The position numbers were made by a program, and so were the translations under genes. From Patescibacteria group bacterium (GTDB lineage: Bacteria > Patescibacteriota > Minisyncoccia > Phycocordibacterales > WO2-35-19), in contig JBBTQO010000009.1 of assembly GCA_038065655.1 (NCBI GenBank), positions 218 through 64,217 on the forward strand: 64,000 nt of DNA, written 5' to 3'. The stretch's first letter is position 1. Each line of letters begins with the position of its first letter. This document shows positions 17,715 to 27,924 of this stretch, one piece after another. The notes under the pieces are model-generated. The model was given only the letters and a program-made list of their open reading frames with translations. It did not search any database and was not told where the DNA came from.

Positions 17715-19538
17715 ATGGAAATTAATAACTGCAAATTAAAAAGAGCCTGCCCCGCGAAGCTTAAGCGAAGTGGGGGATTTTCTTTGATTGAAGCTATTTT
17801 TGCCGCAGCCATATTTGCCATTGTATCGGTAGCAATTTATCAAGGATTTATTTCTGTCACCTCACTTATATCTGCTTCGCGTGATAAAGTGGTGGCCATA
17901 AATTTAATAAATAGCGAATTTGAGCTTGTTAGAAATTTATCTTACGACGATGTAGGTCTACAAGGAGGTGTTCCTGCTGGAGTTTTAACAGGAACTTCAA
18001 CTACTTCTGTTGACGGTAGAGATTTTATAATAACTAGAACGATTAGAAATATTGACGACCCTTTTGACGGCACCATTGGCGGTTCACCAAATGATCTTTC
18101 GCCAGCTGACTATAAAATGGTACAAATAAACATATCTTGTAGCTCCTGCAAAAAGCCAATAGATTTTAGTACAATCTCAAATGTTTCTCCGAAAAATTTG
18201 GAAACCGCTTCAACCAACGGCGCTTTGTTTGTGAGAGTTTTTGATGCAAACGGTAATCCGGTACCACAAGCTAGTGTCCATGTTGAAAACTCAGCATTGG
18301 GTATAAATATTAATGAAACTACTAACAATGAAGGACTTTTGGCGATCGTAGATGCGCCACCCGCCTTAAATTCTTATAAAATTACTACAACCAAAAGTGG
18401 TTTTACTACTGATAAAACTTATGCGTCAACAGTTAGTAATCCCAATCCTATAAAACTTGATGCCTCTGTAATTTTGCAACAACTTACTCAAATTTCTTTT
18501 ATTATTGATCAGACCAGTGATATTTCAGTACATACGATCACAGACCGCTGCGTACCAGTTGCAAATGTCCCTTTTGAAATAAAAGGTACTAAGCTCATCG
18601 GTACTTCTCCAGATGTCTATAAATGGGTGGAAAATTTCACTACCGACTCAAACGGGTATAAGGATATTGCTGATGTCGAATGGGATGTTTTCACTTTTTT
18701 AGCAACTGGTGGATTTTATTTGGCCGGTACAAACCCAATATCTCCTATATCAATTTTGCCAAACTCAGAACAAAATATAGATTTGATAATAACCGATGAA
18801 ACTCCGGCGCTACTTTTGGTTAATGTTAAGGAATCTTCAACAAATCTCCCGGTATCTGATGCGACGGTCACTCTTTCGGGAGGTACTTATAACAAAACCC
18901 TAACAACAAATAAGGGATTTTTAATTCAATCTGATTGGCAAGGGGGAGCGGGTCAAGCAAATTTTAGTGATGAGACAAAATACTTTTCTTCAGACGGTAA
19001 TATTGACACTGATAGTCCGATAGGAGAGCTTAAACTTGCAAATTCATTAGGCAATTATGTTGCCTCGGGGGAGCTCACGTCATCAATATTTGATACAGGC
19101 ACTTCCTCAAATTGGAGCCGAGTTGATATTTCACCAACAGATCAACCTGTTGAGACAGGGGTGGGCTCGGTCAGGTTTCAAATAGCAACTGCCCTCGAAA
19201 ATACGGCGACAACTACCTGGGATTTTAAAGGCCCAGATGGAACTAGCGCAACTTTTTATACAATTACTGACAATAACATCAACTCAATTCACAACGGAGA
19301 TAGATACATTAGATACAAAATATATTTAAGAACTGCTGATTCTGATTTTACTCCAAATGTTTCTGATTTTGCCATTTCATTTTCTTCATCCTGTATTCCA
19401 CCAGGGCAGGCTCTATTTTCAAATTTAGAGATGGGCGTCTATACTTTAGATGTATCGGCAGCGGGTTTTTCTACTCAAACTGTACCAGTTAATATGAATT
19501 CAGATTGGCAAAGTCAAAATGTTTTATTATCACCATGA
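17715..19538 (+). CDS. Large prepilin-type protein
   Basis: GFSLIE prepilin cleavage motif, hydrophobic helix, beta-rich repeats. Confidence 0.85.
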   Translation: MEINNCKLKRACPAKLKRSGGFSLIEAIFAAAIFAIVSVAIYQGFISVTSLISASRDKVVAINLINSEFELVRNLSYDDVGLQGGVPAGVLTGTSTTSVDGRDFIITRTIRNIDDPFDGTIGGSPNDLSPADYKMVQINISCSSCKKPIDFSTISNVSPKNLETASTNGALFVRVFDANGNPVPQASVHVENSALGININETTNNEGLLAIVDAPPALNSYKITTTKSGFTTDKTYASTVSNPNPIKLDASVILQQLTQISFIIDQTSDISVHTITDRCVPVANVPFEIKGTKLIGTSPDVYKWVENFTTDSNGYKDIADVEWDVFTFLATGGFYLAGTNPISPISILPNSEQNIDLIITDETPALLLVNVKESSTNLPVSDATVTLSGGTYNKTLTTNKGFLIQSDWQGGAGQANFSDETKYFSSDGNIDTDSPIGELKLANSLGNYVASGELTSSIFDTGTSSNWSRVDISPTDQPVETGVGSVRFQIATALENTATTTWDFKGPDGTSATFYTITDNNINSIHNGDRYIRYKIYLRTADSDFTPNVSDFAISFSSSCIPPGQALFSNLEMGVYTLDVSAAGFSTQTVPVNMNSDWQSQNVLLSP

Positions 19539-20143
19539 TCAATAATTTTAAAAAAGGATTCAGCTTGGTTGAAATAATCATTGTTATTGCTATAGCGACA
19601 GCGATATTTTTGGCAGTTTTTAATTTTGGTAATAGTATTTTTTCTTTTAATTCCAATGCTCAAAAAAACTTAAGTGCTCAAACAGACGCGAGGCGAGTGC
19701 TTAAAACCATAGTAAGGGAGCTTCGAAGTGCATCACCATCAAGCCTTGGTTCGTACCCGGTAGCACTCGCTAGCAGTACTGCTATTACTTTTTTTTCAAA
19801 TATAGATAGTGATTCATATAAGGAGCAAGTCAGGTATTTTATGCAAGGTAATGAATTAAAAAAAGGAGTAATAAAGCCTTCTGGCTCGCCACTAACTTAT
19901 AATCCGGCAAATGAAAAAATCACCCTATTAATTAGAGATATAAATAATGAAGGGGCAGCGGTTTTTGAGTATTTTGATTCAAGCTATGCTGGTACAAGTA
20001 CTCCACTCGTACAACCGGTACAAGCTACGAAGGTCAGACTAGTGAGAATAAATGTTTATATAGAAAAGGATCCAAATAAATCGCTTGGCCCAGTAATGGT
20101 AACAAGCCAAGTTTTTTTGCGTAATCTTAAAGATAATCTATGA
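19535..20143 (+). CDS. Minor pilin (prepilin N-methylation motif)
   Basis: KKGFSLVEIII; ATGA overlaps with both neighbours. Confidence 0.88.
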   Translation: MINNFKKGFSLVEIIIVIAIATAIFLAVFNFGNSIFSFNSNAQKNLSAQTDARRVLKTIVRELRSASPSSLGSYPVALASSTAITFFSNIDSDSYKEQVRYFMQGNELKKGVIKPSGSPLTYNPANEKITLLIRDINNEGAAVFEYFDSSYAGTSTPLVQPVQATKVRLVRINVYIEKDPNKSLGPVMVTSQVFLRNLKDNL

Positions 20144-21615
20144 AAATTAAAAATTTAAAATTAAAAATTACGAACAAAGGGAGTTTGTTGATTCCCATAA
20201 TTATATTTTCTTCGGTTGCGCTAGTTATTATCGGTGGCATTATGAAATGGGCTCAAATAACTATAGTAGCCAACAGACAACTTATAGTGAGGGAAAAAGC
20301 CATTCAAATAGCTGAATCTGGTATTGATTATTATCGTTGGCATTTAGCTCACAATCAAACAGACTATCAGGATGGTACTGGGGCCGCAGGGCCATATGTA
20401 CATCAGGTACTAGATAAAGATGGAAATATTGTAGGCGAATTTAGTCTTTCAATCACCCCGCCTGTTACCGGCTCAACCAAAGTGAGAATAGAGTCAACTG
20501 GTACTCCAGCAAGCTCAACCATTTCAAGAAAGATAAGGGTGGAAATGGCGATTCCATCACTTGCTAAATATGCGGTAGCGGCTAATGATGTGATGCGTTT
20601 TGGAGAGGGGACAGAAGTTTTTGGGCCAATACATTCAAACAAAGGTATTCGTTTTGATGGCCTGATTCACAATCTTATCACTAGCGCGCTTTCTTCTTAT
20701 GATGATCCGGATCATGATGAATGGGGTACTGATAAAGTTGAGTTTGCTGTTCATACTCACGTGAATGTGCCACCAAATGTTGGTGTCAACGATACTTTTA
20801 GAGCGGCTGAAGCTCCACCCATTAACCCTGTTCCAAATAGAACTGATGTTTTTGAGGTTGGTCGGCAGTTTCCGGTACCGGCAGTTGACTTTACCGGACT
20901 AACCAACAATCTGGCCAATATTAAATCAAGTGCCCAAACAAATGGCAGATATTTCGCCGCCTCGGGTTCACAAGGATATAGAATTGTTCTCAATACGGAT
21001 GATACTTTTACTATACGCAAAGTGACTTCACAGTATAACGACAATAATTGTAGTAATCCGGGTAATCAAACCGGCTGGGGTATCTGGAGTGTCCAAAACA
21101 CCTCTGCTGTCGGTACATACCCGATTCCGGCGAATGGTCTTATTTTTGTAGAAGATAATGTTTGGATAGAGGGGGCCATAAATAGCACCAGAGTGACCAT
21201 TGCTGCTGGGCGTTTTCCTGATAACCCTTCTACTCGACCACAGTTAACTATAAATAATGATTTAACTTACACCAATTATGACGGCACAGATGTGGTGGCC
21301 TTGATTTCTCAAGGTAATGTAAATGTGGGGTTAGTTTCAGATACTAATTTGAGGATTGACGCCGCACTAGTTTCTCAAAATGGTAGAGTGGGGAGGTATT
21401 ATTATGAGAGTGATTGTTCGCCATATAATATCAGAAGTTCCATCACGCTTTACGGTATGATTGCCACAAACATAAGGTATGGTTTTGCCTATACCAACGG
21501 CACCGGTTATCAAGACCGAAATATTATATATGATGCCAACCTCTTGTATGGTCCACCACCATCATTTCCATTAACCTCTGATAAATACGAAATTTTGTCG
21601 TGGGAGGAGATATAA
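20140..21615 (+). CDS. PilX-like minor pilin
   Basis: KGSLL plus TM lacking Glu5, AIQIAESGI, C-terminal SWEE. Confidence 0.8.
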   Translation: MKIKNLKLKITNKGSLLIPIIIFSSVALVIIGGIMKWAQITIVANRQLIVREKAIQIAESGIDYYRWHLAHNQTDYQDGTGAAGPYVHQVLDKDGNIVGEFSLSITPPVTGSTKVRIESTGTPASSTISRKIRVEMAIPSLAKYAVAANDVMRFGEGTEVFGPIHSNKGIRFDGLIHNLITSALSSYDDPDHDEWGTDKVEFAVHTHVNVPPNVGVNDTFRAAEAPPINPVPNRTDVFEVGRQFPVPAVDFTGLTNNLANIKSSAQTNGRYFAASGSQGYRIVLNTDDTFTIRKVTSQYNDNNCSNPGNQTGWGIWSVQNTSAVGTYPIPANGLIFVEDNVWIEGAINSTRVTIAAGRFPDNPSTRPQLTINNDLTYTNYDGTDVVALISQGNVNVGLVSDTNLRIDAALVSQNGRVGRYYYESDCSPYNIRSSITLYGMIATNIRYGFAYTNGTGYQDRNIIYDANLLYGPPPSFPLTSDKYEILSWEEI

Positions 21616-21698
21616 CCCACCCCCCAACCCCTCCCTTAAATTAAGGGAGGGGGGTTCCGAGCCCTCTCTTGTTGTAAGAGAGGGTTGGGTGAGTTATT
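21612..21698. repeat. Inverted doublet of palindrome family B
   Basis: ATAACCCACCCCCCAACCCCTCCCTTAAATTAAGGGAGGGG and CCCTCTCTTGTTGTAAGAGAGGGTTGGGTGAGTTAT. Confidence 0.8.
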
Positions 21699-21706
21699 AT
21701 ATAAAT

Positions 21707-22477
21707 ATGAAGCATCGCAATCTAGTAGTGGCTAATTGGAAGATGAGTCCAGAGACTTTAGAAGAGGCCAAAAAAATATTTAATGGCGCTAGGTTGGCAG
21801 CTAAAGGTTTAAAAAATACAGATGTAATTATTTGCCCACCTTTTCTATTTATTCAGCCACTTTTAAAATTGAAATATCCTAAAAATATGTTTTTGGGAGG
21901 GCAGAATATTTCGAGTGAAATCAAAGGTGCTTTTACGGGAGAAGTCAGCGCCTATATGGTAAAAAATTTAGGAGTCGGCTTTTCTATAATTGGTCATTCC
22001 GAAAGAAGGACGATGGGTGAGAGCAATGAAATAATTAGAAAAAAATTACAAATTGCTTTTGATGCCGATTTAACACCAATTTTTTGTATTGGTGAAAAAG
22101 AAAGAGACAAAGAAGGAAGCCATCTCAGTTTTATAAAAAATCAAATCAAAGAATGCTTAACTGGTTTACAGAAAAAACATTTGGTTGGCATCATTGTTGC
22201 CTACGAACCAATTTGGGCCATTGGCAAATCTTACAAAGAAGCAATGAGTGCTACTGACATTCACGAGACAGTTTTATTTATAAAAAAAATTATAAGCGAG
22301 CTTTTTGGTAAGGACATCGCTGATGGTTCTAAAATTCTTTACGGTGGCTCAGTGGAAGCAGAAAATGCTTATGAAATGGCCCATATTGGCAATATTGAAG
22401 GTTTCCTAGTGGGCCACGCCTCACTCCGCCCAGAACAATTTTCTGCCGTCTTAAAATCGGTGGATATGAAGAGGTAA
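21707..22477 (+). CDS. tpiA: Triosephosphate isomerase
   Basis: ANWKM, GAFTGEVS, GHSERR, AYEPIWAIG, LYGGSV. Confidence 0.96.
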   Translation: MKHRNLVVANWKMSPETLEEAKKIFNGARLAAKGLKNTDVIICPPFLFIQPLLKLKYPKNMFLGGQNISSEIKGAFTGEVSAYMVKNLGVGFSIIGHSERRTMGESNEIIRKKLQIAFDADLTPIFCIGEKERDKEGSHLSFIKNQIKECLTGLQKKHLVGIIVAYEPIWAIGKSYKEAMSATDIHETVLFIKKIISELFGKDIADGSKILYGGSVEAENAYEMAHIGNIEGFLVGHASLRPEQFSAVLKSVDMKR

Positions 22478-22489
22478 TTTCCCTTCCCA

Positions 22490-22530
22490 GAAGATGACCT
22501 TTGAAGACCCTGCCTCAAAAGGTCATCTTC
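22490..22530. repeat. Palindrome family A (variable stem, CTT-GAA...CCCA-AAG loop); copies at 12550, 28025, 28074, 30910, 39943, 51297 and 56884
   Basis: GAAGATGACCTTT-GAAGACCCTGCCTCA-AAAGGTCATCTTC. Confidence 0.85.
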
Positions 22531-22583
22531 AAATTCCTACATTAGTCAAAAATTCGCGACCGCGAAAATCTGGCTAATTTAGA

Positions 22584-22621
22584 ATACACAGATTTCAGAC
22601 GGTCGTCGCTAATCTGTGTAT
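22584..22621. repeat. Solo 38-bp palindrome of the type flanking the PaaX/Cas2-like gene
   Basis: ATACACAG-ATTTCA-GAC-GGTC-GTC-GCTAAT-CTGTGTAT. Confidence 0.8.
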
Positions 22622-22879
22622 GTAATAAAAAACAAAATTATTTCTTTAGTTGATGTTTTGATGGAAAATAATGGCTCGCTTGGAAACCTTGATTCAAAAA
22701 GTTTAAGAAAAGGACTTTTTGAACTAAGATTAATTGGTTCTGTTAATACAAGAATATTTTATTGTTTTCATAAAGACACAATCTATTTATTACACGCAAT
22801 AATTAAGAAAACTCAAAGAACACCAATAAGAGAAATTGAATTTGCTAGAAAAATGAAAAAGATAGTTGGACAATTATAA
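22616..22879 (+). pseudogene. HigB/RelE-like (Gp49/DUF891) toxin, apparently 5'-truncated
   Basis: GLFELRL..RIFYCF..IYLLHAIIKKTQRTP.REI; the only start codon (GTG) lies inside the palindrome. Confidence 0.65.
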
Positions 22880-22901
22880 CGCATATGTTATCATAAACAA
22901 T

Positions 22902-23195
22902 ATGGAAAAAACATATAAAAAAATAAAACTAATTTCTCATGAAGACTTCAAAAAAAAGCTTTTAAAGAAGCCATCTTTCCGTAAGTACTATGAAGAAACA
23001 AGTTTTGAAAGAGAAATTTTCAAGGCAATTATAAAGGCAAGAGCTCAAAAAGATCTTACCCAAAGAGAGCTAGCGGAAAAAATCGGTGTCAAACAATCAG
23101 CCTTGGCGCGTTTTGAATCTGGCAGAACCAACCCCACACTCGGTTTTCTTAAAAAAGTTGTTTCAGGATTAGGTTTGAATGTGACGGTAAAATAA
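22902..23195 (+). CDS. HigA-like HTH antitoxin
   Basis: LTQRELAEKIGVKQSALARFESGRTNPTL; follows the toxin. Confidence 0.88.
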   Translation: MEKTYKKIKLISHEDFKKKLLKKPSFRKYYEETSFEREIFKAIIKARAQKDLTQRELAEKIGVKQSALARFESGRTNPTLGFLKKVVSGLGLNVTVK

Positions 23196-23210
23196 CTATA
23201 ATTAAAATTT

Positions 23211-24242
23211 ATGAGTATCAAATCAATTGAAGAAGCGAAAATAGAAAAAGGGACAATGGTTTTGATAAGGGTGGATTGGAACCTGCCAATGAAAGATGGG
23301 GTGATTTTAGATACTTCTAGGATTGGGGCTAGTGTTAAAACTATAAATTTTGCTTTGGACAAAGGAGCCAAGATTATAATATTGAGTCATTTAGGAGACG
23401 GCACAGATTCTTTGGAAATTGTGGCGAAGGAAGCAGAAAAATTTTTCCTAGAAACTCAAGTCAAATTTGTGCGAGATCCTTGGAATGCTTCATCGCCAGA
23501 TGGCAAAAAAGTTTTGGAAAATTTGAAAAGCGGAGAAATTGCGGTTATTGAAAACTTAAGATTTTGGATGGAAAAAGAAAATGATAATTCTTTTGCCCAA
23601 AAATTAGCCGAATTTAGTGATATTTATGTGAATGAAGCCTTTTCTGTTTCTCACCGAGAGCACACTTCTATCGTTAAATTGCCAAAACTTTTGCCTCACT
23701 TTGCCGGATTTCACTTTTTAGAAGAATTTAATAAATTATCAGAGGCTCTAAATCCAGAACACCCGTTTCTTTTTATTTTGGGCGGTCTTAAATTTGAAAC
23801 TAAATTGCCGTTGGTAGAGAAATTTTTAAATATTGCCGATGATATTTTTATCGGCGGAGCCAACGCTTTGCCGGCTTCAGGTGAGTCTTTTGCTGATAAT
23901 CCTAAGATAATCTTCCCAGTTGGCGATATTTCAGCTTTGGATGCAAATACCGAAACTTTGGATGTTTTAAAATTGAAAATTGAAAATTGTAGATTCATCT
24001 TATGGAATGGACCATTAGGTAATTATGAAAAAGGGTTTGTGGCTGGCACAGTGGCTTTGGCTAGAATGCTAGCCGAGTCAAATGCCAAGGTTATAGTGGG
24101 CGGGGGAGACACTTTGGCCGTTCTCAAACCAGAAATTAAAGAAGCCATTTCTGTTCATGGTTTTGTATCCACTGCTGGCGGAGCAATGTTGGATTTTCTC
24201 GCCAATGGCACTTTGCCTGGTATTGAAGCTCTTCAGAACTAA
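23211..24242 (+). CDS. pgk: Phosphoglycerate kinase (short form)
   Basis: RVDWNLP, SHLG, ENLRF, LWNGPLG, GGGDT, STAGGAML, LPGIEAL. Confidence 0.95.
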   Translation: MSIKSIEEAKIEKGTMVLIRVDWNLPMKDGVILDTSRIGASVKTINFALDKGAKIIILSHLGDGTDSLEIVAKEAEKFFLETQVKFVRDPWNASSPDGKKVLENLKSGEIAVIENLRFWMEKENDNSFAQKLAEFSDIYVNEAFSVSHREHTSIVKLPKLLPHFAGFHFLEEFNKLSEALNPEHPFLFILGGLKFETKLPLVEKFLNIADDIFIGGANALPASGESFADNPKIIFPVGDISALDANTETLDVLKLKIENCRFILWNGPLGNYEKGFVAGTVALARMLAESNAKVIVGGGDTLAVLKPEIKEAISVHGFVSTAGGAMLDFLANGTLPGIEALQN

Positions 24243-24262
24243 AATAGTTCTTGAGAAAGAAT

Positions 24263-24640
24263 CTATTTTAGTTCTGATATTATTTTTTGAGCGTTTTGAA
24301 CAAAGTTTTTTGGGTCTTCTTTGTTTTCAGAATCCAATCCTGCTTTGGCTGGATAAATCCAAACGTGAGCGTGCTCTACCTCGTCTCCCACTATTTTTGA
24401 AAGTATCCATTTTGTTTTAAATGCTTTTTGTTGAGCTAGTGCTATTTTTTTAACAATTTCAAAATATTCTCCAAAATTTTCTACATCCCATACCCAGCGA
24501 CAATGTTTTTTAGGAATAACTTGAACGTGACCAGGAGATTGGGGGTTTATATCAAGAAAGGCCAAAAAATCATTATCCTCATAAACTTTATGACTTGGTA
24601 TTTGACCCTTTACTATTCTACAAAAAATACAATTTTCCAT
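24263..24640 (-). CDS. HIT-family protein
   Basis: CIFCRI, AFLDINP..GH, HAHVW. Confidence 0.9.
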   Translation of the reverse strand: MENCIFCRIVKGQIPSHKVYEDNDFLAFLDINPQSPGHVQVIPKKHCRWVWDVENFGEYFEIVKKIALAQQKAFKTKWILSKIVGDEVEHAHVWIYPAKAGLDSENKEDPKNFVQNAQKIISELK

Positions 24641-24662
24641 ATTTTAATTTTATCACATTTAC

Positions 24663-24742
24663 GCACAAAATTACAAAAACATTATTTCTGCGTTAGGTCA
24701 TAAGGATAAGGCTCTTGAAACAATGTTTTTGTAATTTTGTGC
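24663..24742. repeat. Long inverted repeat between divergent hit and recJ
   Basis: GCACAAAATTACAAAAACATT / AATGTTTTTGTAATTTTGTGC, perfect 21-bp arms. Confidence 0.8.
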
Positions 24743-24754
24743 TAACATTCTTTT

Positions 24755-26437
24755 ATGTCTAAAAAATACAATATTAAACATAAAATATCTGATAATCTGG
24801 TAGAGCAGTTGTTGTATAACAGGGGAGTAAAAACCAAAGAAGAAAGAGAAATTTTCCTACAACCTGATTTTGTAAAACATTTGCATGACCCTTTTCTTTT
24901 GCCTGATATGAAAAAAGCGGTAAAAAGAATTTTAGTTGCTATTGAAAATAATGAAAGAATAGGAATTTGGAGCGATTATGATGCTGATGGTATCCCCGGT
25001 GGGGCATTACTTCATGATTTTTTTAAACTAATTGGTTTTAATAATTTTATAAATTATATTCCTGACCGGCACATTGAAGGCTATGGTCTAAACAGTGAGG
25101 GCATAGAAGAATTGGCTAAGGATAAAATTAAACTTTTAATAACTATTGATTGTGGTATTAGAGATCATAAAGAAATTGAACATGCCAAAAAACATGGAAT
25201 AGATGTGATTGTTACCGATCACCACGAGCAATCTGATGGATTGCCAAAAGCTTTTGCGATCGTTAATCCGAAAAGGGAAGATTCTAAATATCCAGAAAAA
25301 ATTCTTTGTGGAACTGGAGTGATTTGGAAATTAATTGAAGCCATTTTAAAAACTAAAAGAGAATTGCTAAAAGAAGGGCACGAAAAATGGCTTCTTGATT
25401 TGGTGGGAATGGCCACTCTTTCTGATATGGTGCCACTAATCGGAGAAAACAGAGTCTTGGCTTTCTTTGGTCTTTCTGTCTTGAGGAAAAGTAGACGGCC
25501 GGGACTTTTAAAACTTTTTTCAATGCTCAAAATAAACAAAAACAATATTTCGGAAGATGATATTGCTTTTATGATTACTCCAAGAATTAATGCCGCTTCT
25601 CGAATGGGTCATCCGCGCGACGCTTTTAAACTTTTGATCGCCGAAAATGAAGTGGAAGCGGAAAGTTATGCTAAACATTTGGATAACATAAATAACGAGA
25701 GGAAAGGAGTGGTAGCCAGTATTGTCAAAGAAGTCAAAAAAAGAGTCAGAGAAAAATTTGAAAATGAAGGAGAAAAATCTGTGGTTGTTTTAGGCAATCC
25801 AGATTGGCGACCGGCTCTTTTGGGTTTGGTTGCCAACTCTATTGCCGAAGAATTTAATCGACCGGTTTTTTTATGGGGACGTGCTTCAGATGAAATTGGG
25901 GGTGTGTTGAAAGGGTCCTGCCGATCAGATGGTACCACAAATCTTGTAGCCTTGATGGAAAGAGCCAAAGATCATTTTATTGAATTTGGTGGTCATAAAT
26001 TATCCGGCGGATTTTCGGTTTTGTTTGAAAAAATTCCTACCTTAGAAGAATCCTTAATTGATGCTTCAACCCATATTATAAATAATGATCTAGATATTTT
26101 AGTTGATGCTGAATTAAATTTAAAAGATATTTCAGAAAAATCAGTTACTGAGATTTTAAGTTTGGCACCGTTTGGAGTCGGTAATGAAAAACCATTATTT
26201 ATTTTTAGAAATGTTATACCGGAAAAAATAAATAGGTTTGGTAAAGCTAAAGAACATTTATCAATAAATTTTAGAGACGGACTTCATACAACGAGAGGTA
26301 TTTCATTTTTTACTTCACCTGATCAATTTGGTGATACCCTAAAGGAAGGTATTAAAACAAATCTGGTTGCCAATGTTGAAAAATCTGATTTCGGTGGCCG
26401 ACGAGAAATCCGTTTGAGGATTGTTGATTTTTTTTAG
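24755..26437 (+). CDS. recJ: ssDNA exonuclease RecJ
   Basis: DYDADG, TIDCG, TDHH, PRINAASR, GSCRS, FGGH, PFGVGN. Confidence 0.96.
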   Translation: MSKKYNIKHKISDNLVEQLLYNRGVKTKEEREIFLQPDFVKHLHDPFLLPDMKKAVKRILVAIENNERIGIWSDYDADGIPGGALLHDFFKLIGFNNFINYIPDRHIEGYGLNSEGIEELAKDKIKLLITIDCGIRDHKEIEHAKKHGIDVIVTDHHEQSDGLPKAFAIVNPKREDSKYPEKILCGTGVIWKLIEAILKTKRELLKEGHEKWLLDLVGMATLSDMVPLIGENRVLAFFGLSVLRKSRRPGLLKLFSMLKINKNNISEDDIAFMITPRINAASRMGHPRDAFKLLIAENEVEAESYAKHLDNINNERKGVVASIVKEVKKRVREKFENEGEKSVVVLGNPDWRPALLGLVANSIAEEFNRPVFLWGRASDEIGGVLKGSCRSDGTTNLVALMERAKDHFIEFGGHKLSGGFSVLFEKIPTLEESLIDASTHIINNDLDILVDAELNLKDISEKSVTEILSLAPFGVGNEKPLFIFRNVIPEKINRFGKAKEHLSINFRDGLHTTRGISFFTSPDQFGDTLKEGIKTNLVANVEKSDFGGRREIRLRIVDFF

Positions 26438-26469
26438 GCATATTGGTATTCTCTTGATGGGAGGTCTTT

Positions 26470-26595
26470 GTGAAGACTACAAAAACTGGAAGTAAAGTAG
26501 GCAAAGAGATTTACAATCTCTGCCTGAAAGGAGGTTTCTCAATCCGCAAAGCGAAGATGTGGGCAAGAATCTTCAGGGAAGAATTTTCTTCCTAA
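26470..26595 (+). CDS. 41-aa basic orphan peptide in its own transcription unit (below the ORF-track cutoff)
   Basis: TTGATT-17-TATTCT (26424-26452), GGGAGG SD, GTG start, MKTTKTGSKVGKEIYNLCLKGGFSIRKAKMWARIFREEFSS*, terminator CGCTCCGCA..TGCGGAGCG-TTTT (26604-26654). Confidence 0.55.
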   Translation: MKTTKTGSKVGKEIYNLCLKGGFSIRKAKMWARIFREEFSS

Positions 26596-26670
26596 GTGAG
26601 AATGCGCTCCGCAACTCGGGCTCATGTATGAGTTTGGTGCGGAGCGTTTTGTTTGTGATAAAATGGTTTC

Positions 26671-26889
26671 ATGAAAAAGGATTTAGCTATAGTACCAATG
26701 GAAATAATTGAAAGAAAAATATCTTTCGGCTCCAAAACCCAAAGAGGGGCGGAAACCACCTCCATACTGGCCTCAGTCATCATGAGCTTGAAGTGGAACC
26801 ACCCAAACGACTGGTTCCAAAAGTATTTAAAATTGAGCACTTAAAATATCCTTGTTTTTAGGGGTGTTTTGAGGGGTGTGGATACTTAC
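26671..26889 (+). mobile_element. IS66-family remnant (transposase C-terminus plus right end)
   Basis: RKISFGSKTQRGAETTSILASVIMSLK resembles an IS66 TnpC C-terminus; GGATACTTAC at 26880-26889 reads GTAAGTATCC on the reverse strand, like IS66 GTAA ends. Confidence 0.6.
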
Positions 26890-26967
26890 ATTTCTTTGTT
26901 ATAACTAACCTCTTTTGCTTGACAATAAGTTTGGGTAAGAGTATAAAGTAAATTAGGAAAGGAGCCC

Positions 26968-27246
26968 GTGAAGATGAACGCACCAACAGGAATGAGATCC
27001 TTGGATGATATCATGGGAGATATCAGACAACATGAAGTGATCCACTATGAGCCTGATGGTTTGGGCGGATTCAGATGCAAAAAGTGTGGCGCCAAAATTC
27101 AGCAAACCACCTGCACCGTTTCTGTCCACACTAACCAATTTAGCAATGTGTGTGCCGGAGGCGGTGAAGTCTTGCAACTGCCTCTGCCGTACTGCTCTTC
27201 TTGTGAAGGGATGCCGACACACACAAGTACTTGTGTTCACGTTTAG
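26968..27246 (+). CDS. Orphan Cys-rich (zinc-ribbon-like) protein
   Basis: CKKC...C...C...YCSSC; TTGACA-17-TATAAA (26919-26947), AAAGGAG SD, terminator 27257-27280. Confidence 0.7.
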   Translation: MKMNAPTGMRSLDDIMGDIRQHEVIHYEPDGLGGFRCKKCGAKIQQTTCTVSVHTNQFSNVCAGGGEVLQLPLPYCSSCEGMPTHTSTCVHV

Positions 27247-27303
27247 CAAGCCTATTGGGGGGTGATTTCGGTCGCTCCCCTTTGTTTATGCTAAAATAGT
27301 TTT

Positions 27304-27924
27304 ATGAATATTTTTAATGATTCAAATAGTGCTCAAAAAAAGTTCCAAGGTAAAATTGCTGGTTCGAAAGGGGCTGGATATGCTGAAATTTTTTTGAATA
27401 AGGAAGTAGAGAAGTTTCTCAGGGAAAATATATCTGATAAAAATACAAAAATAATTATTTATACTGATGGTTCGTCGCGTGGTAATCCTGGGCCGGGTGG
27501 TTTTGGAGCGATTATTTTTAGTAGAGAAAAAGTTTTGGAAATTGGTGGTAGAGAAGAGCAAACAACAAATAATAGGATGGAAATGAAAGCGGCGATTGAA
27601 GCTCTGAAAATAATTCCAGAAAATTCTTTTGTTGAGTTGCATGCAGATTCTGAGTATTTAATAAAAGGTATTACGATTTGGATTAAAAATTGGCAGAAAA
27701 ATAATTGGCGCACTAAAGATAAGAGGGAAGTTTTAAACCGCGATTTGTGGGAAGAACTTTTAGCACAAACAGAAAATAAAAATATAGAATGGAAAAAAGT
27801 AGTGGGCCACTCAGGTCACGAGTTTAATGATCGTTGTGATGAGATTGCTACAAGTTTTGCCGATGGCTTGAATGTTGATTTTTATAATGGCTCAGAATCA
27901 GGGTATTTCTTGTTTCATCAATGA
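27304..27924 (+). CDS. rnhA: Ribonuclease HI
   Basis: IYTDGSSRGNPGPGG, TTNNRME, DSEY, GHSGHEFNDRCD. Confidence 0.95.
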   Translation: MNIFNDSNSAQKKFQGKIAGSKGAGYAEIFLNKEVEKFLRENISDKNTKIIIYTDGSSRGNPGPGGFGAIIFSREKVLEIGGREEQTTNNRMEMKAAIEALKIIPENSFVELHADSEYLIKGITIWIKNWQKNNWRTKDKREVLNRDLWEELLAQTENKNIEWKKVVGHSGHEFNDRCDEIATSFADGLNVDFYNGSESGYFLFHQ

